IMG/VR virus record: IMGVR_UViG_3300040801_002332
Span: 1 to 36,225 of that record
Direction: 5' to 3' (one strand)
Length of the DNA stretch: 36,225 nt
From: a virus
The notes beneath the pieces are model-generated. The model was not told where the DNA came from. It made no database searches and saw nothing but the letters and a program-made list of their open reading frames with translations. A program made the translations under genes and the position numbers. Positions 9,615 to 18,850 of this stretch are shown piece by piece; position 1 is the first letter of the stretch, and each line of letters begins with the position of its first letter.

Positions 9615-10232
9615 CAGTTATAATCCTATTCAATTCAATGATGAAACTACGCGACCATGGATTCAGCTCTATTCCGTTAAACTCAACCGCTGCTAATAGA
9701 TCAGCATACCCACCTCCTGCACACTCAAAAACTAGTCGTGCTAGAGTGGCGTAGCCGCCCACATAAGTAGGCGGCTCCAGCTTCTTTTTCAGTTCAGGGA
9801 ATTTCCTAACCGCTTTCTCTAATTGGCTGTATCTTGATGGGCTACCCGAATGCATTTCGTAGTACCACGCGTAGTATTCAAGCGCTACTTTTTTTTAGCG
9901 CTGTACTCCTCGTTCAACTCACGGGCAAACACAACTAACTGATCTAGGATAAACAAATGATCAGGATTAATCATAAACTCCCTGATGGTTTCCGCCGTTA
10001 CATCCCCCTCGATGGCCTGGCCTCTCATATCGGATACCATTGCGGCGTGCAGTTCGCGCGCGTACGCAAAATCGTTTTTACATGATACTGATAATTCAAC
10101 CGCAGCCTCGGCTACCCGATTGATTGGGTTTACAACCAGGGTTAACCCGATTGGCTCGCCTGTGGCAGGATGTTTGACTTCCATTTCCGCGCTTTTAGGG
10201 ATCAGCGTGGGATCAACTAATCTAATAGCCAT
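9607..10232 (-). CDS. Tail assembly chaperone GT-like fusion made by a programmed -1 frameshift
   Basis: The -1 frame is open from 9894 through ORF 9607..9855. It reads KK VALEYYAWYYE MHSGS... with no stop. That ORF lies exactly in the -1 frame relative to the G-like gene. Confidence 0.75.
9885..10232 (-). CDS. Tail assembly chaperone, lambda G-like (115 aa)
   Basis: Lies between the major tail and tape measure genes. Ends ...EYSAKKK* on an A8 run that forms a slippery heptamer. Confidence 0.8.
   Translation of the reverse strand: MAIRLVDPTLIPKSAEMEVKHPATGEPIGLTLVVNPINRVAEAAVELSVSCKNDFAYARELHAAMVSDMRGQAIEGDVTAETIREFMINPDHLFILDQLVVFARELNEEYSAKKK
9888..9896 (-). promoter_or_regulatory. -1 ribosomal frameshift slippery site A_AAA_AAG
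   Basis: The minus strand reads GCT AAA AAA AAG TAG. This fits the X_XXY_YYZ heptamer, placed 1 codon before the G-like stop. Confidence 0.75.
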
Positions 10233-11128
10233 TAGGATTCCTCAATCATTAACGTAGTACCGGATACGCTGTCGTAATGAGCAGTGAACGGCATCTCTAA
10301 AACCATACTTTCAGGCTGCACGGGCAGACCTGCACCGCCGTATTTGAATGCTGGGATAGTGATGTCTAACGTATTGCCGTCTAGATCAGTGTAGTTGACG
10401 GTCAAACTGGATACTGATTCATTCAAGAACTTGTTATATAGCGTCTCATCAATGAAATAAGCGCTAAGTGTGCCAGAAAGCGTAAAGTTCCCTTGTGTGG
10501 TTTCGATAGGGTCTCTATCACCTAACGCATAGTTATTCACATAGTTGTTGTTCGCATCCATCGATAGATTAGTCACAATGTTTGTAGTTGAACCGCCCTC
10601 ACCGATAGTCCCATCGCTGTGTATCAGCGCCGGTTTGTCTTGCACCGGAACGACACTGTCAGCAATGGACGTGCTCTGTAATGTCTCAGACAACGCCAAA
10701 AGATCCATAGTGACGTTAATAGTGCTCGCATCATCGATAGCAATACTCATGCTTGTAGCCACTACGCCACGGTAAATCAGATATTGGCTTATGTCCGTGT
10801 GCGCTTGCTCGATGGTTAACGTCTTCTTGGTGCTTCCTACTGTAAGCTCCCCGCCGCTGAAAGTAGACGCGAAAAACGACTCAAAAAACGAGTTATAGGC
10901 ACCATGGCGCAGCTTAAAAACGATCTGGCCAGTGATGTTATTGTTACCAGTGCGGGCCTCTAAAGGCTGCCTGTTTGATTGGATAGAGTCATCCTCTATT
11001 GTATCTCGTTCGGTGCCTAAGCTGAATGAAACGATGCTGATTTCCTGCATTGCTGGCGTGGCTGGCGTAGTGCCTGGCGTCACCTCATCAATGAATGATA
11101 TTCTTGTTTGCGAACCTTGGGCTATCAT
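10232..11128 (-). CDS. Major tail (tube) protein (298 aa)
   Basis: Position immediately upstream of the G/GT chaperones, and an acidic Ser/Thr-rich beta-type composition. The ATG at 11128 forms an ATGA overlap with the upstream gene. The track start at 11140 is a GTG. Confidence 0.7.
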   Translation of the reverse strand: MIAQGSQTRISFIDEVTPGTTPATPAMQEISIVSFSLGTERDTIEDDSIQSNRQPLEARTGNNNITGQIVFKLRHGAYNSFFESFFASTFSGGELTVGSTKKTLTIEQAHTDISQYLIYRGVVATSMSIAIDDASTINVTMDLLALSETLQSTSIADSVVPVQDKPALIHSDGTIGEGGSTTNIVTNLSMDANNNYVNNYALGDRDPIETTQGNFTLSGTLSAYFIDETLYNKFLNESVSSLTVNYTDLDGNTLDITIPAFKYGGAGLPVQPESMVLEMPFTAHYDSVSGTTLMIEES

Positions 11129-11541
11129 TGTATGCTCCACTTCTCATAAATTTTACATTCGAAACTGATGCTAGTTTTAGCTACCGAATCAGTGTTTAAC
11201 CACTCATATGCAGTCCTGGTTGGCATTATCTTGGATGTCCCAAACAACTTAGATAAATCCATGTTGAGCCTCACCAGGTTACGCATCATCTCACACCTAG
11301 CCAGATACTCCCCGTCCTGAGCATCGCCGAAACAATGCAGTGTGAAAACCAGTGTTACGTCGTACCGATGAAAATGATCAGTGATTTCCGTGGTGCTAGG
11401 CACACTGTTGTACTCCTCTACCTCAAGCACAATAGCTACGTCTGTAAGGCCTGTCATCGCATCCTGCAACACCTGCTCCTCGTTCTCATACAGCGTGACC
11501 CCAGGAATCGATCTAACTCGTGTTATGATGGTATTAATCAT
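11125..11541 (-). CDS. Head-tail connector / tail terminator-like protein (138 aa)
   Basis: Positional assignment between the head-completion and major tail genes. The ATG at 11541 forms an ATGA overlap. The track start at 11559 is a GTG. Confidence 0.45.
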   Translation of the reverse strand: MINTIITRVRSIPGVTLYENEEQVLQDAMTGLTDVAIVLEVEEYNSVPSTTEITDHFHRYDVTLVFTLHCFGDAQDGEYLARCEMMRNLVRLNMDLSKLFGTSKIMPTRTAYEWLNTDSVAKTSISFECKIYEKWSIQ

Positions 11542-11819
11542 CGTAGCATCAACTCCCACAAATAGGTACCGCTACCGTTAACCTCCACGACTCGCCGCAC
11601 CTCACTGCCAATAGTCACAATATCCCCGCGTTTCGGCTCGGGTACCTCAGAGACGCGAATTTTTGCGTAGTCTACGCGAGCGATAGCGTTACCTGCCAAT
11701 AGCTCAACGTTTTTTCTATATACTACTCGTATATTTGTGTCGTTTCCGCTGCTCGTATAGGTAGCGGGGACCGCTAGGTCCCCACCAAAAACAGCATCAA
11801 CATGCTGTTGTAAACTCAT
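11538..11819 (-). CDS. Head-tail joining / head completion protein (93 aa)
   Basis: First gene after the capsid gene. The pattern ...A.Y.........RV.......G D.V.I....Y.V... resembles small head-tail joining proteins. Confidence 0.5.
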   Translation of the reverse strand: MSLQQHVDAVFGGDLAVPATYTSSGNDTNIRVVYRKNVELLAGNAIARVDYAKIRVSEVPEPKRGDIVTIGSEVRRVVEVNGSGTYLWELMLR

Positions 11820-11821
11820 GA

Positions 11822-13579
11822 TTAGACACCATGACCACGCGCTACAGCGTCACTATAGATAACGCCCATACCCATTTGAAGGTAGGCTTTGATCTTAACC
11901 GCGCCCTGCTGATGCAAAATAGTATCATCAATCTTCAAGCTCAAGCCAGCACCGAAATTAACAACAACGATTTTACTGGCGTCAAACGCATAGATGCTAT
12001 CATCAGCTACGATGTTAGAATCAACTACAGGGCGGCCTAAAAAGCGACCGTCACGAACAACGGTCATGCCAGTTCCGGCAAATCGTTCCGTGGCTTCCAA
12101 CTCATCGTAAAGTTCACCGCTCATAAGCGTAGTAACCATTCTGCGGTTTACGTTTTTAGATGTGAGCAGCTTGAGGACAGTGCGAGCCTGATCATAGGTA
12201 GGCGCGCCTAAAGTCCAGTCGGGGGTCTCATTGCCGGAAGCCGCAGCGGCTGTGTTCAACATAGAAATCAGCGCGTTATCCATCGCTTGGCCATATGCTT
12301 CATTCAGTTGGCGACGTACTGCTTGTTCACCGCCTGTATCTTGCATGAAATTGGCATACATGGTGATTTCAGCGCCATAACCTACGGGCACGATGCTAAC
12401 CTTATCAGTGCTGGCATTGGATGCAGTAACAGCGCCGTCAGCTCGATTGTGCTGCACAACGGTGGGCAGACTGGAGCCGTCAGTGTAAATATCATAGTTT
12501 GCAGCAATACCTGTAGTCTCGCGGCGGACATTCAAGTTGCTTAAGATGGAGGTGGGATTCAATCCCTCGACAAACCCGCCATTCTCATCACGTACCCACT
12601 CTAGTCCACGCCCAGAAACTGTCGAATCCATAGCAAAATTCTCAGAAAAAGGCAGTAAAATGCCATGATCTGTTCTCTGAATCCTAGCGAAATTCTCGGT
12701 ATCAGTACGCCCGTAATAAGCGTCACGCAAAGCGCCGGCGATGCTTAATTTGGGTTCGGCTTGAGTAGGCATGCCCATCGCAATATTTGATTGAAAATTC
12801 ATAGCGTTTAAAGGTTCCTCTTTTTTGGTTTGTTCGTGTTTGCTCTGCGCTTCTAACATGGCAGCTACCAGACTAGCGTTAAATTGCTCAACGGTAGCAC
12901 CGCTATCAATAGCCTGGGCAGCTAACTGCTCTTGGTTCGCCTGTTTACCTAGTTTGCCGATTTCGCTGATACGACCGCGCTCAGCAGCAAGGGCCTCGCT
13001 ACGGATTTTGTTGACATCAACTTGCTCAGCTTTCTTTTCAATAGTCATTTCTTTGTTACCTTCTATGTTTGCGTTTAGTGTTAGTTTGTTGCTAGGTACT
13101 ACTGCTGATAGCGTTATTTTCCCTTCCTTCACGTCATTAAACACCCCAACATTTTTGTTAGCCGGTACGCCCACCAGACTAACCTCTTCAACGCTGAACC
13201 TGTTAACCGTGAACAGCGGTTTACTCTCGCCACCGATTTCTATTTCGCTCTGCTCTATATTATCCCCATCGAATGTCACACCTACGCTCACGCTATCGTA
13301 ACCTGCTGATAGCATTTCGTATGCGTCACTACCTTTAGCAGTGTTGTATAGGGCGACCTCAAAGGCACTCAACCCTCGCCCGTCTACTGCTAGCTTAGTG
13401 ACTTTGCCTACTGCTGGGCTTAATGGGTCATGGCCTTCTAGAATATTCAACCCTTTACTTAGCAGCTCTTGCATGTTGCTGATGCTGTTATTGTGGTGCA
13501 TCAGTTTGATAGCGTAGCCGCCTCTATCTACTACATCGTCAGTGGATAGATAGAAATTCTCATAACTAATCGTTTTCAT
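11822..13579 (-). CDS. Prohead protease - scaffold-like coiled coil - major capsid protein fusion (585 aa)
   Basis: Residues 1-165 look like an HK97-type prohead protease (EGHD...VGKV..., ...SVSVGV). Residues 175-262 are a charged helical linker (EKKAEQVDVNKIRSEALAAERGRISEIGKLGK...). Residues 263-585 are of HK97-fold capsid size and composition. No separate protease or scaffold gene lies between portal and connectors. Confidence 0.8.
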   Translation of the reverse strand: MKTISYENFYLSTDDVVDRGGYAIKLMHHNNSISNMQELLSKGLNILEGHDPLSPAVGKVTKLAVDGRGLSAFEVALYNTAKGSDAYEMLSAGYDSVSVGVTFDGDNIEQSEIEIGGESKPLFTVNRFSVEEVSLVGVPANKNVGVFNDVKEGKITLSAVVPSNKLTLNANIEGNKEMTIEKKAEQVDVNKIRSEALAAERGRISEIGKLGKQANQEQLAAQAIDSGATVEQFNASLVAAMLEAQSKHEQTKKEEPLNAMNFQSNIAMGMPTQAEPKLSIAGALRDAYYGRTDTENFARIQRTDHGILLPFSENFAMDSTVSGRGLEWVRDENGGFVEGLNPTSILSNLNVRRETTGIAANYDIYTDGSSLPTVVQHNRADGAVTASNASTDKVSIVPVGYGAEITMYANFMQDTGGEQAVRRQLNEAYGQAMDNALISMLNTAAAASGNETPDWTLGAPTYDQARTVLKLLTSKNVNRRMVTTLMSGELYDELEATERFAGTGMTVVRDGRFLGRPVVDSNIVADDSIYAFDASKIVVVNFGAGLSLKIDDTILHQQGAVKIKAYLQMGMGVIYSDAVARGHGV

Positions 13580-14948
13580 CTGTACCCTCTAGTTCAGCCT
13601 CCAGTAGTTTATTGTTCAGTGCCTCAGTTTCGAATACTGTCGGTATACCGCGTTGCCGCATGTCCTCCATATGTTGCTGCAATTCATCGTAAAACTCGTC
13701 AGGATCGACACCTCTTGACCTCAGCACAGCGCGTTGGTGTGTCAACCCAAGCTTTAACTCCTCTTTGATTGCCATCACATCTTTCAGTGGCTCCAGTAAC
13801 GGCCAGCGCTTACCTATAAACTCCACGTCAGAGAATTTCTCAACTCTGGAGACTGGTAACCCAGCGCGTTGCACTATCATTGGTGCTTGTCTTTCATACA
13901 GTTGTTCTAAGAACGACTCAATCCAGTAGTTTTGCTCCTGTTTATAGAACTCCCTATCTGCCAGCGAGTTGAATTTACTGTTAGCAAATGTCGTGCTCTT
14001 GTAGTCTCCTGTAAGCGAACTGTATGATAGCCCTAGACTAAGCGCCACTTCCTCAGCGCGGTCTTTAGTGAAAGTACCGGCTGCTGGATTAGGGTAGTTG
14101 CTGTTGAAAAACTCAGGCTCAATCCCGTATGGGAGCGCTTTAAACGTACCCGATTTTATTTTTTGCTCTAGTGGTATGTTTGTATCATCGCCGGGTATAT
14201 GCCCGCCGTGGTCTACTGTCTTCAGAAAACCAGTCAGATTAGCGCCAAGTTTTGCCGCGTCTAGGCTGGCGTCCACAAACTCTTTGACTTTCTGTAACCC
14301 TTGCGTTGCTGTATGCAACCTGCTGATGCCCCTAGTCTGGTTCACAAACTCCTGCTTAAACACATGGATGCATCTGCTTGCTGGAACCCGTAACCGATAC
14401 TGCTTATCGGGGAACAGAATGACGCGGGGGTCATGGCTATCTTTCGATAACAGGTAGTAATATAGAGGTCTGTAATATCTATCCACCTCTACGCCTGCCA
14501 GAATCATGTTGTCGCCGTTAGTCCCATTCAGGTCAGTGTCTATCGCGTCTACGTCAACATGCTGCAACATATACCCGCCGCCACTTTGTGGTATCAGATA
14601 CACTAGCGCCTCGCCGTCTGTTATCTCAGAAAGCATCAGGCTTTGCTGCAGGCCCTTCAGGTTTTGTCGCCCCGTCACCGTGACTCTACTTTTAGCCCAC
14701 TTCTTGTATGCGGCCTCTATTCTATTATTCCCCACTTTGTCTAGAGTCCCGTCAGGTGACCTGCCTCGACACTGAAACCCGAAACCATCGGCCCCTAGAA
14801 CATTTGTGTGGTATAAACTGACAAATCGCTTCACTAATTCCGACTTGAAGTAGAGCGCTCTTGTCTGTTGGCGTATGGCGTTACATGCAGTGGATACATA
14901 TGTAGCGTTCAGACGCGAGTAGTCTCGTGTTGCATCTAATACATTCAT
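13566..14948 (-). CDS. Portal protein (lambda-family type)
   Basis: 460 aa, immediately after the GpA-type terminase and W-like genes, as in lambda (A-W-B order). ATGA overlap with the W-like gene. Confidence 0.85.
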   Translation of the reverse strand: MNVLDATRDYSRLNATYVSTACNAIRQQTRALYFKSELVKRFVSLYHTNVLGADGFGFQCRGRSPDGTLDKVGNNRIEAAYKKWAKSRVTVTGRQNLKGLQQSLMLSEITDGEALVYLIPQSGGGYMLQHVDVDAIDTDLNGTNGDNMILAGVEVDRYYRPLYYYLLSKDSHDPRVILFPDKQYRLRVPASRCIHVFKQEFVNQTRGISRLHTATQGLQKVKEFVDASLDAAKLGANLTGFLKTVDHGGHIPGDDTNIPLEQKIKSGTFKALPYGIEPEFFNSNYPNPAAGTFTKDRAEEVALSLGLSYSSLTGDYKSTTFANSKFNSLADREFYKQEQNYWIESFLEQLYERQAPMIVQRAGLPVSRVEKFSDVEFIGKRWPLLEPLKDVMAIKEELKLGLTHQRAVLRSRGVDPDEFYDELQQHMEDMRQRGIPTVFETEALNNKLLEAELEGTDEND

Positions 14949-15151
14949 GAGAATAACCTCATATCACGCGGCATTTCTGCCGCCCTCAACATCCCTTCAA
15001 ATCGCGTCAGTGCGTCCGTAATCTCAGTGAGCGACCTGTATGTTATCTGCATCCCCTCGACGTTGACGCTGACCTCACCGCTGCCCGCCGTCATGAGAAT
15101 TAGCGCGTCCTCAAGGTTGCTCACTATTGTTTCTATCTTTTCTATGTTCAT
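14945..15151 (-). CDS. Head-tail joining protein, lambda W-like (68 aa)
   Basis: Same length and position as lambda gpW, between the large terminase and portal genes. Confidence 0.6.
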   Translation of the reverse strand: MNIEKIETIVSNLEDALILMTAGSGEVSVNVEGMQITYRSLTEITDALTRFEGMLRAAEMPRDMRLFS

Positions 15152-16904
15152 TTTTTAGTCGCTCATCGTAGGCGTCCCAGTTGGTTTTGAGGAATTTCTC
15201 AGCAGCTAGCGCGTAGACTAGGCAATCTAAACCCTCGTTTCGTTTTCGCGTCTGTTCGTATCTACCGCGCTGCACGTTGTACGTCTCGCTAAATATTTGC
15301 TGCAAATCATCCTGCACAAACGTCGCTGGAAGATGAATGAATCGTTTGCCTTTCTCTTTGCATTCGTGTATTGACATAGTGTAAAAAACCCAATCTTTTA
15401 TCAGCTTTTGACCTACGTTATAGAAGAATTTGTTACCGTGAGCCAGCTTTTTCGTTCTATCAATCCACTGCTTAGAGTCGCCTGCTATGCCCTTAATAGC
15501 TATATGGCCTCTTGCTACATTTTTCATAGTGAACTCGTGGACCTGCTGGCTGGCGTAGCGGCTGTCAATTGCTTTGATTACGGCCTGGATTTTAGAGCCA
15601 TCCTCTTTTGTGTACACTTTGTTTGTCGTTGCTAAATACTCAGACCATGATTTAGGTTCATACGGCGAGTATGGGATGATGTGTTTCTCTATTACCCATT
15701 TCTCATCCCTGTAATGCCCTAGAACCGTAACCTCTATACGATCCCCCTGCACGTCAGCGCCTGTCGTTATCAGCGCTATATCGTTAGGTATCAGCTCAGC
15801 ACCGTAGCGTTCCCTACGTTGCATACACCGCTGCCAGTTATCAGCATGGATGACATCAGGATCAAACACGGTGGCCATTTTCGTATTGAAAAACGCCACC
15901 AACTGAGCTGGTCCCGCCTCTTTTGCCTCCAGAAACTCATATACCAGATCAGCTAGCGATGAGTGTATATTGTGAAGCTGCGTGGCAGTGACGCTCACCT
16001 TCTTTTTGTTCTTGTAGTCAGGGTTGACGACAACCCAGTTGTCTGATCTAAATGCCTTAGTTAGCGATTGCTTACGCTGCCAATCATCCCATAAAGACCC
16101 ACACCCAGAGCAGGCATAGGCGGCTGTAGACGGTTCGTCATCGCCGTCGCTACCCTTGCCCTTCCATGTCACATTGTCCCAGCCAAGAAGCTGTGCGTGC
16201 CCACAATCAGGGCACTCTACTTGTAGCTCATAGCGCAGGCTATTAAGCACTAGATTGTGTATTTTGGACGTCTCTTTCGTGCCTCGAGGCGTCGACGTGT
16301 ACAGTATGTTCTTGCGTCTGAAACTGTTCGTCCGGTTTTCTACGACCTTTGTCTTGTCGCCCTGTGTCTTATCGTCCTGTAACTCGTCAACCTCGTCAAT
16401 AGCCACGTTTGGCGCTGTTCTGCCAGCCAGGTTCTGCGCGTTCCCGGCTGCAATCATTATGAGTTCCATGCCATTCACGCGTTTCTCTTGCATGTTATCA
16501 AGCGCTTCACGCCTCGGCCTACCCCTCATCATGTCCGCAAGTCTAGGCGTGTCGTCAATCATGTCATCGATTTTCTTTGAGAAATCCCTAGAAAGAGCGC
16601 TGTTGGGATGCACAACGATAAAATTCTGAGGCTCCTCACTGATAAGGTAGCCTGCAAAATTCGTCAGAATCGCCGTTTTGCATACCTGTGCAGGATATTT
16701 GACGTATACATGAGTGATGTAAGGGTCCTGAATAAGCTGCATCGGTTTGATGGCTAGCGGCTGATTATCGTTGCTCCAGTTACCAAGGAACTCGCTGTTC
16801 CCTGTGACTCGCCTGTATTTCTCAGGCCACTCAACTAGGCTAACATACTGAGGCGGTTTAAATATCTCCTCCCGTATTTTTTTCAAACTTGTCTTGAATC
16901 TCAT
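15111..16904 (-). CDS. terL: Terminase large subunit, lambda GpA-type
   Basis: 597 aa. Contains the zinc-finger-like CPDCGH...CSGCGS pair and the overall GpA layout. Overlaps the terS gene upstream. Confidence 0.9.
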   Translation of the reverse strand: MRFKTSLKKIREEIFKPPQYVSLVEWPEKYRRVTGNSEFLGNWSNDNQPLAIKPMQLIQDPYITHVYVKYPAQVCKTAILTNFAGYLISEEPQNFIVVHPNSALSRDFSKKIDDMIDDTPRLADMMRGRPRREALDNMQEKRVNGMELIMIAAGNAQNLAGRTAPNVAIDEVDELQDDKTQGDKTKVVENRTNSFRRKNILYTSTPRGTKETSKIHNLVLNSLRYELQVECPDCGHAQLLGWDNVTWKGKGSDGDDEPSTAAYACSGCGSLWDDWQRKQSLTKAFRSDNWVVVNPDYKNKKKVSVTATQLHNIHSSLADLVYEFLEAKEAGPAQLVAFFNTKMATVFDPDVIHADNWQRCMQRRERYGAELIPNDIALITTGADVQGDRIEVTVLGHYRDEKWVIEKHIIPYSPYEPKSWSEYLATTNKVYTKEDGSKIQAVIKAIDSRYASQQVHEFTMKNVARGHIAIKGIAGDSKQWIDRTKKLAHGNKFFYNVGQKLIKDWVFYTMSIHECKEKGKRFIHLPATFVQDDLQQIFSETYNVQRGRYEQTRKRNEGLDCLVYALAAEKFLKTNWDAYDERLKNEHRKDRNNSEQP

Positions 16905-17418
16905 TCAACCCTTCCTCAAGTTCAGCTTCCTCATGCATGGCACCGTCTACCTTCTCTTGCAACACATCTGCGAGCCTTAGAGACTCGCATAACATAGCAG
17001 CGTTCTTTTGTAGGTATTCCGTGGCTTCTTTTTCGTCGCTTATGCTAACCACGTCTTTAACCATCGTAACGTAATTTTTGGTTATCTGATTATGCAGCAT
17101 AGCGTACTCGGCTTTGACTTCCGCTAACACTTCTTGCGCGTCTAAGTAGCGGCTGCGCTGCTTATAATATTCAAGCTTAGCAAGCAACCCGTTATACAGG
17201 TCTTTGAGGTCCCTCGGGTTCATCTCGCTATCGTCGCCACCCTCCCGGAAGTAGGACAGATGTTTGTGGTAGAAATCGCAGAAATCTTTGATGTGAATTC
17301 TCGCAGGCTGCTTCCCATCAGTAGCTAACCCGCCGTCCTTCACCCACCGGCTCACCGTCATCTTAGTAACACCGAATGCGTCCACCAGCTCAGAAACTTT
17401 AAATAGATACTTGTCCAT
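16858..17418 (-). CDS. terS: Terminase small subunit (N-terminal winged-HTH type)
   Basis: N-terminal HTH (VSELVDAFGVTKMTVSRWVKDGGL). First gene of the packaging module, and it overlaps terL. Confidence 0.65.
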   Translation of the reverse strand: MDKYLFKVSELVDAFGVTKMTVSRWVKDGGLATDGKQPARIHIKDFCDFYHKHLSYFREGGDDSEMNPRDLKDLYNGLLAKLEYYKQRSRYLDAQEVLAEVKAEYAMLHNQITKNYVTMVKDVVSISDEKEATEYLQKNAAMLCESLRLADVLQEKVDGAMHEEAELEEGLNEIQDKFEKNTGGDI

Positions 17419-17830
17419 CAGAACCCTTATGAGTCGCTAGGGACTTATCGTCCCCGCTTATAGATTGTAACTCTGTAGCATTATGTTTTGCGCCTGAACC
17501 AAGCACAAAAAATAGTGTTACAGTGCGCTGAAACCACTATATTTCATCGATATTCACGGCCAGAAAAACCAGCCCCTTGGGAAGGCCCATTCTACCTGGT
17601 TTTGTAACTAGTTTTTCAACTGCAAAATTTTTACGAGAAACGGACCCAAGAGTTATGTCAGGGTCCCCTCCTGCGTAAGAATCATTAAACCTATCAAATA
17701 GCCTAATCTGAGCACTCTATGAACATAACCCATATCAGCATATATCCTCACGTCTAATCCTCTAGAATCGTCTCTCTCGCTCATATATACCGTGACGCAA
17801 TCAAACACAAACTCAGTATAACGAACGAGT

Positions 17831-17860
17831 ATAAAAGAACCCGCCTGTTACAGCGGGTCC
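17831..17860 (-). terminator. Intrinsic terminator after the lyase-like gene
   Basis: The minus strand reads GGACCCGC-TGTAACAG-GCGGGTTC, an 8-bp stem with one G.U pair. It is followed by TTTTAT and begins 8 nt after the stop at 17868. Confidence 0.7.
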
Positions 17861-17867
17861 TAATCAT

Positions 17868-18779
17868 TTATTGTGGAGTCAACATAAGATTGTATTTGTT
17901 AACCTCAGGGCAACCCACCACTTTCACGTTAAACGCGGCATCACTATCCTCACGCCAATAGCTAACACCTACCTCACACTGGTCTGGCTCAGGAGTAGGA
18001 GTAGGATCAACAGGCATAGGAGGAGGCGTTACATCCTCCATGCTGTCACCTATCCTAACCTCATCTGCATACACCACAACATTACCGTTAGGTGGTTGAT
18101 ATAACCCAACCTTGAAATACGGTTGTGATACATCACACGCATTAGGCCCATCCTTCTCGGCAAACAGCTCGCCGTCCTTCCATATCTTCAGTCGTCCATC
18201 ACTACCAGATGACGCCTTATAGTATACAACCCAATCAGTCCATTTCCCTACATGATCAGCAATAGGACCCCTCTTCACAACAGCATTTTCGCCTTGCCAA
18301 TTGTTATAGAATCCCCAATCGTCCTTGCTAGCATTGAATACTAACAGCGGAGTTGCGCCAGATGTGCAGCTTTCACCCCCGTGTATTTGTGCCAAAAACA
18401 TCTTCTTATCTGTGAATGCAGGGTCCCAACCTTCTGGGATATAAACACTCCATCCTATATAACTACCAACTCCAGGCTCGATGATACCTCTGGTTGTCGC
18501 GATCTCAGACCGCCATTGCTCACCCACACTAGTACACGCTAGAGGTTTTCTGTCGCCTGGCCGTAATTCAAACCTGGCCATACTATCACCAGATCGTGGC
18601 TTAGGTGCCCCTGACTCACCTTCTGTTACTGTTCTGAGGGAGTGTGATTCACAATTCTGTAACCTCCACTCATCTGATACTCCAGACTCGAAACCGTCAT
18701 AGAATGACACGTCCGCATAGGCCGACGTGCCAGCTAGGGCACCTAGAATACCTGCCGCCAGAGTTGTACGCTTTCTCAT
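17868..18779 (-). CDS. Secreted polysaccharide-lyase-like protein (concanavalin-type jelly roll) with Sec signal peptide
   Basis: Signal peptide MRKRTTLAAGILGALAGTSAYA/DV. The core pattern (RSE...GWSVYIPEGW...AQIHGG...GKWTDWVVYYKAS..DGRLKIWKDGEL...PYFKVGLYQ) matches the heparinase-I/PL-type 'Polysacc_lyase' fold as I recall it. A Pro-rich linker (PPPMPVDPTPTPEP) and a small 2-Cys C-terminal domain follow. Confidence 0.65.
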   Translation of the reverse strand: MRKRTTLAAGILGALAGTSAYADVSFYDGFESGVSDEWRLQNCESHSLRTVTEGESGAPKPRSGDSMARFELRPGDRKPLACTSVGEQWRSEIATTRGIIEPGVGSYIGWSVYIPEGWDPAFTDKKMFLAQIHGGESCTSGATPLLVFNASKDDWGFYNNWQGENAVVKRGPIADHVGKWTDWVVYYKASSGSDGRLKIWKDGELFAEKDGPNACDVSQPYFKVGLYQPPNGNVVVYADEVRIGDSMEDVTPPPMPVDPTPTPEPDQCEVGVSYWREDSDAAFNVKVVGCPEVNKYNLMLTPQ

Positions 18780-18850
18780 TATGCTACCTCTTAGATGGTC
18801 TCGGAATCCCTGTTATTTGCATCCATTCTCTCATACATCCCTAGCATGAG

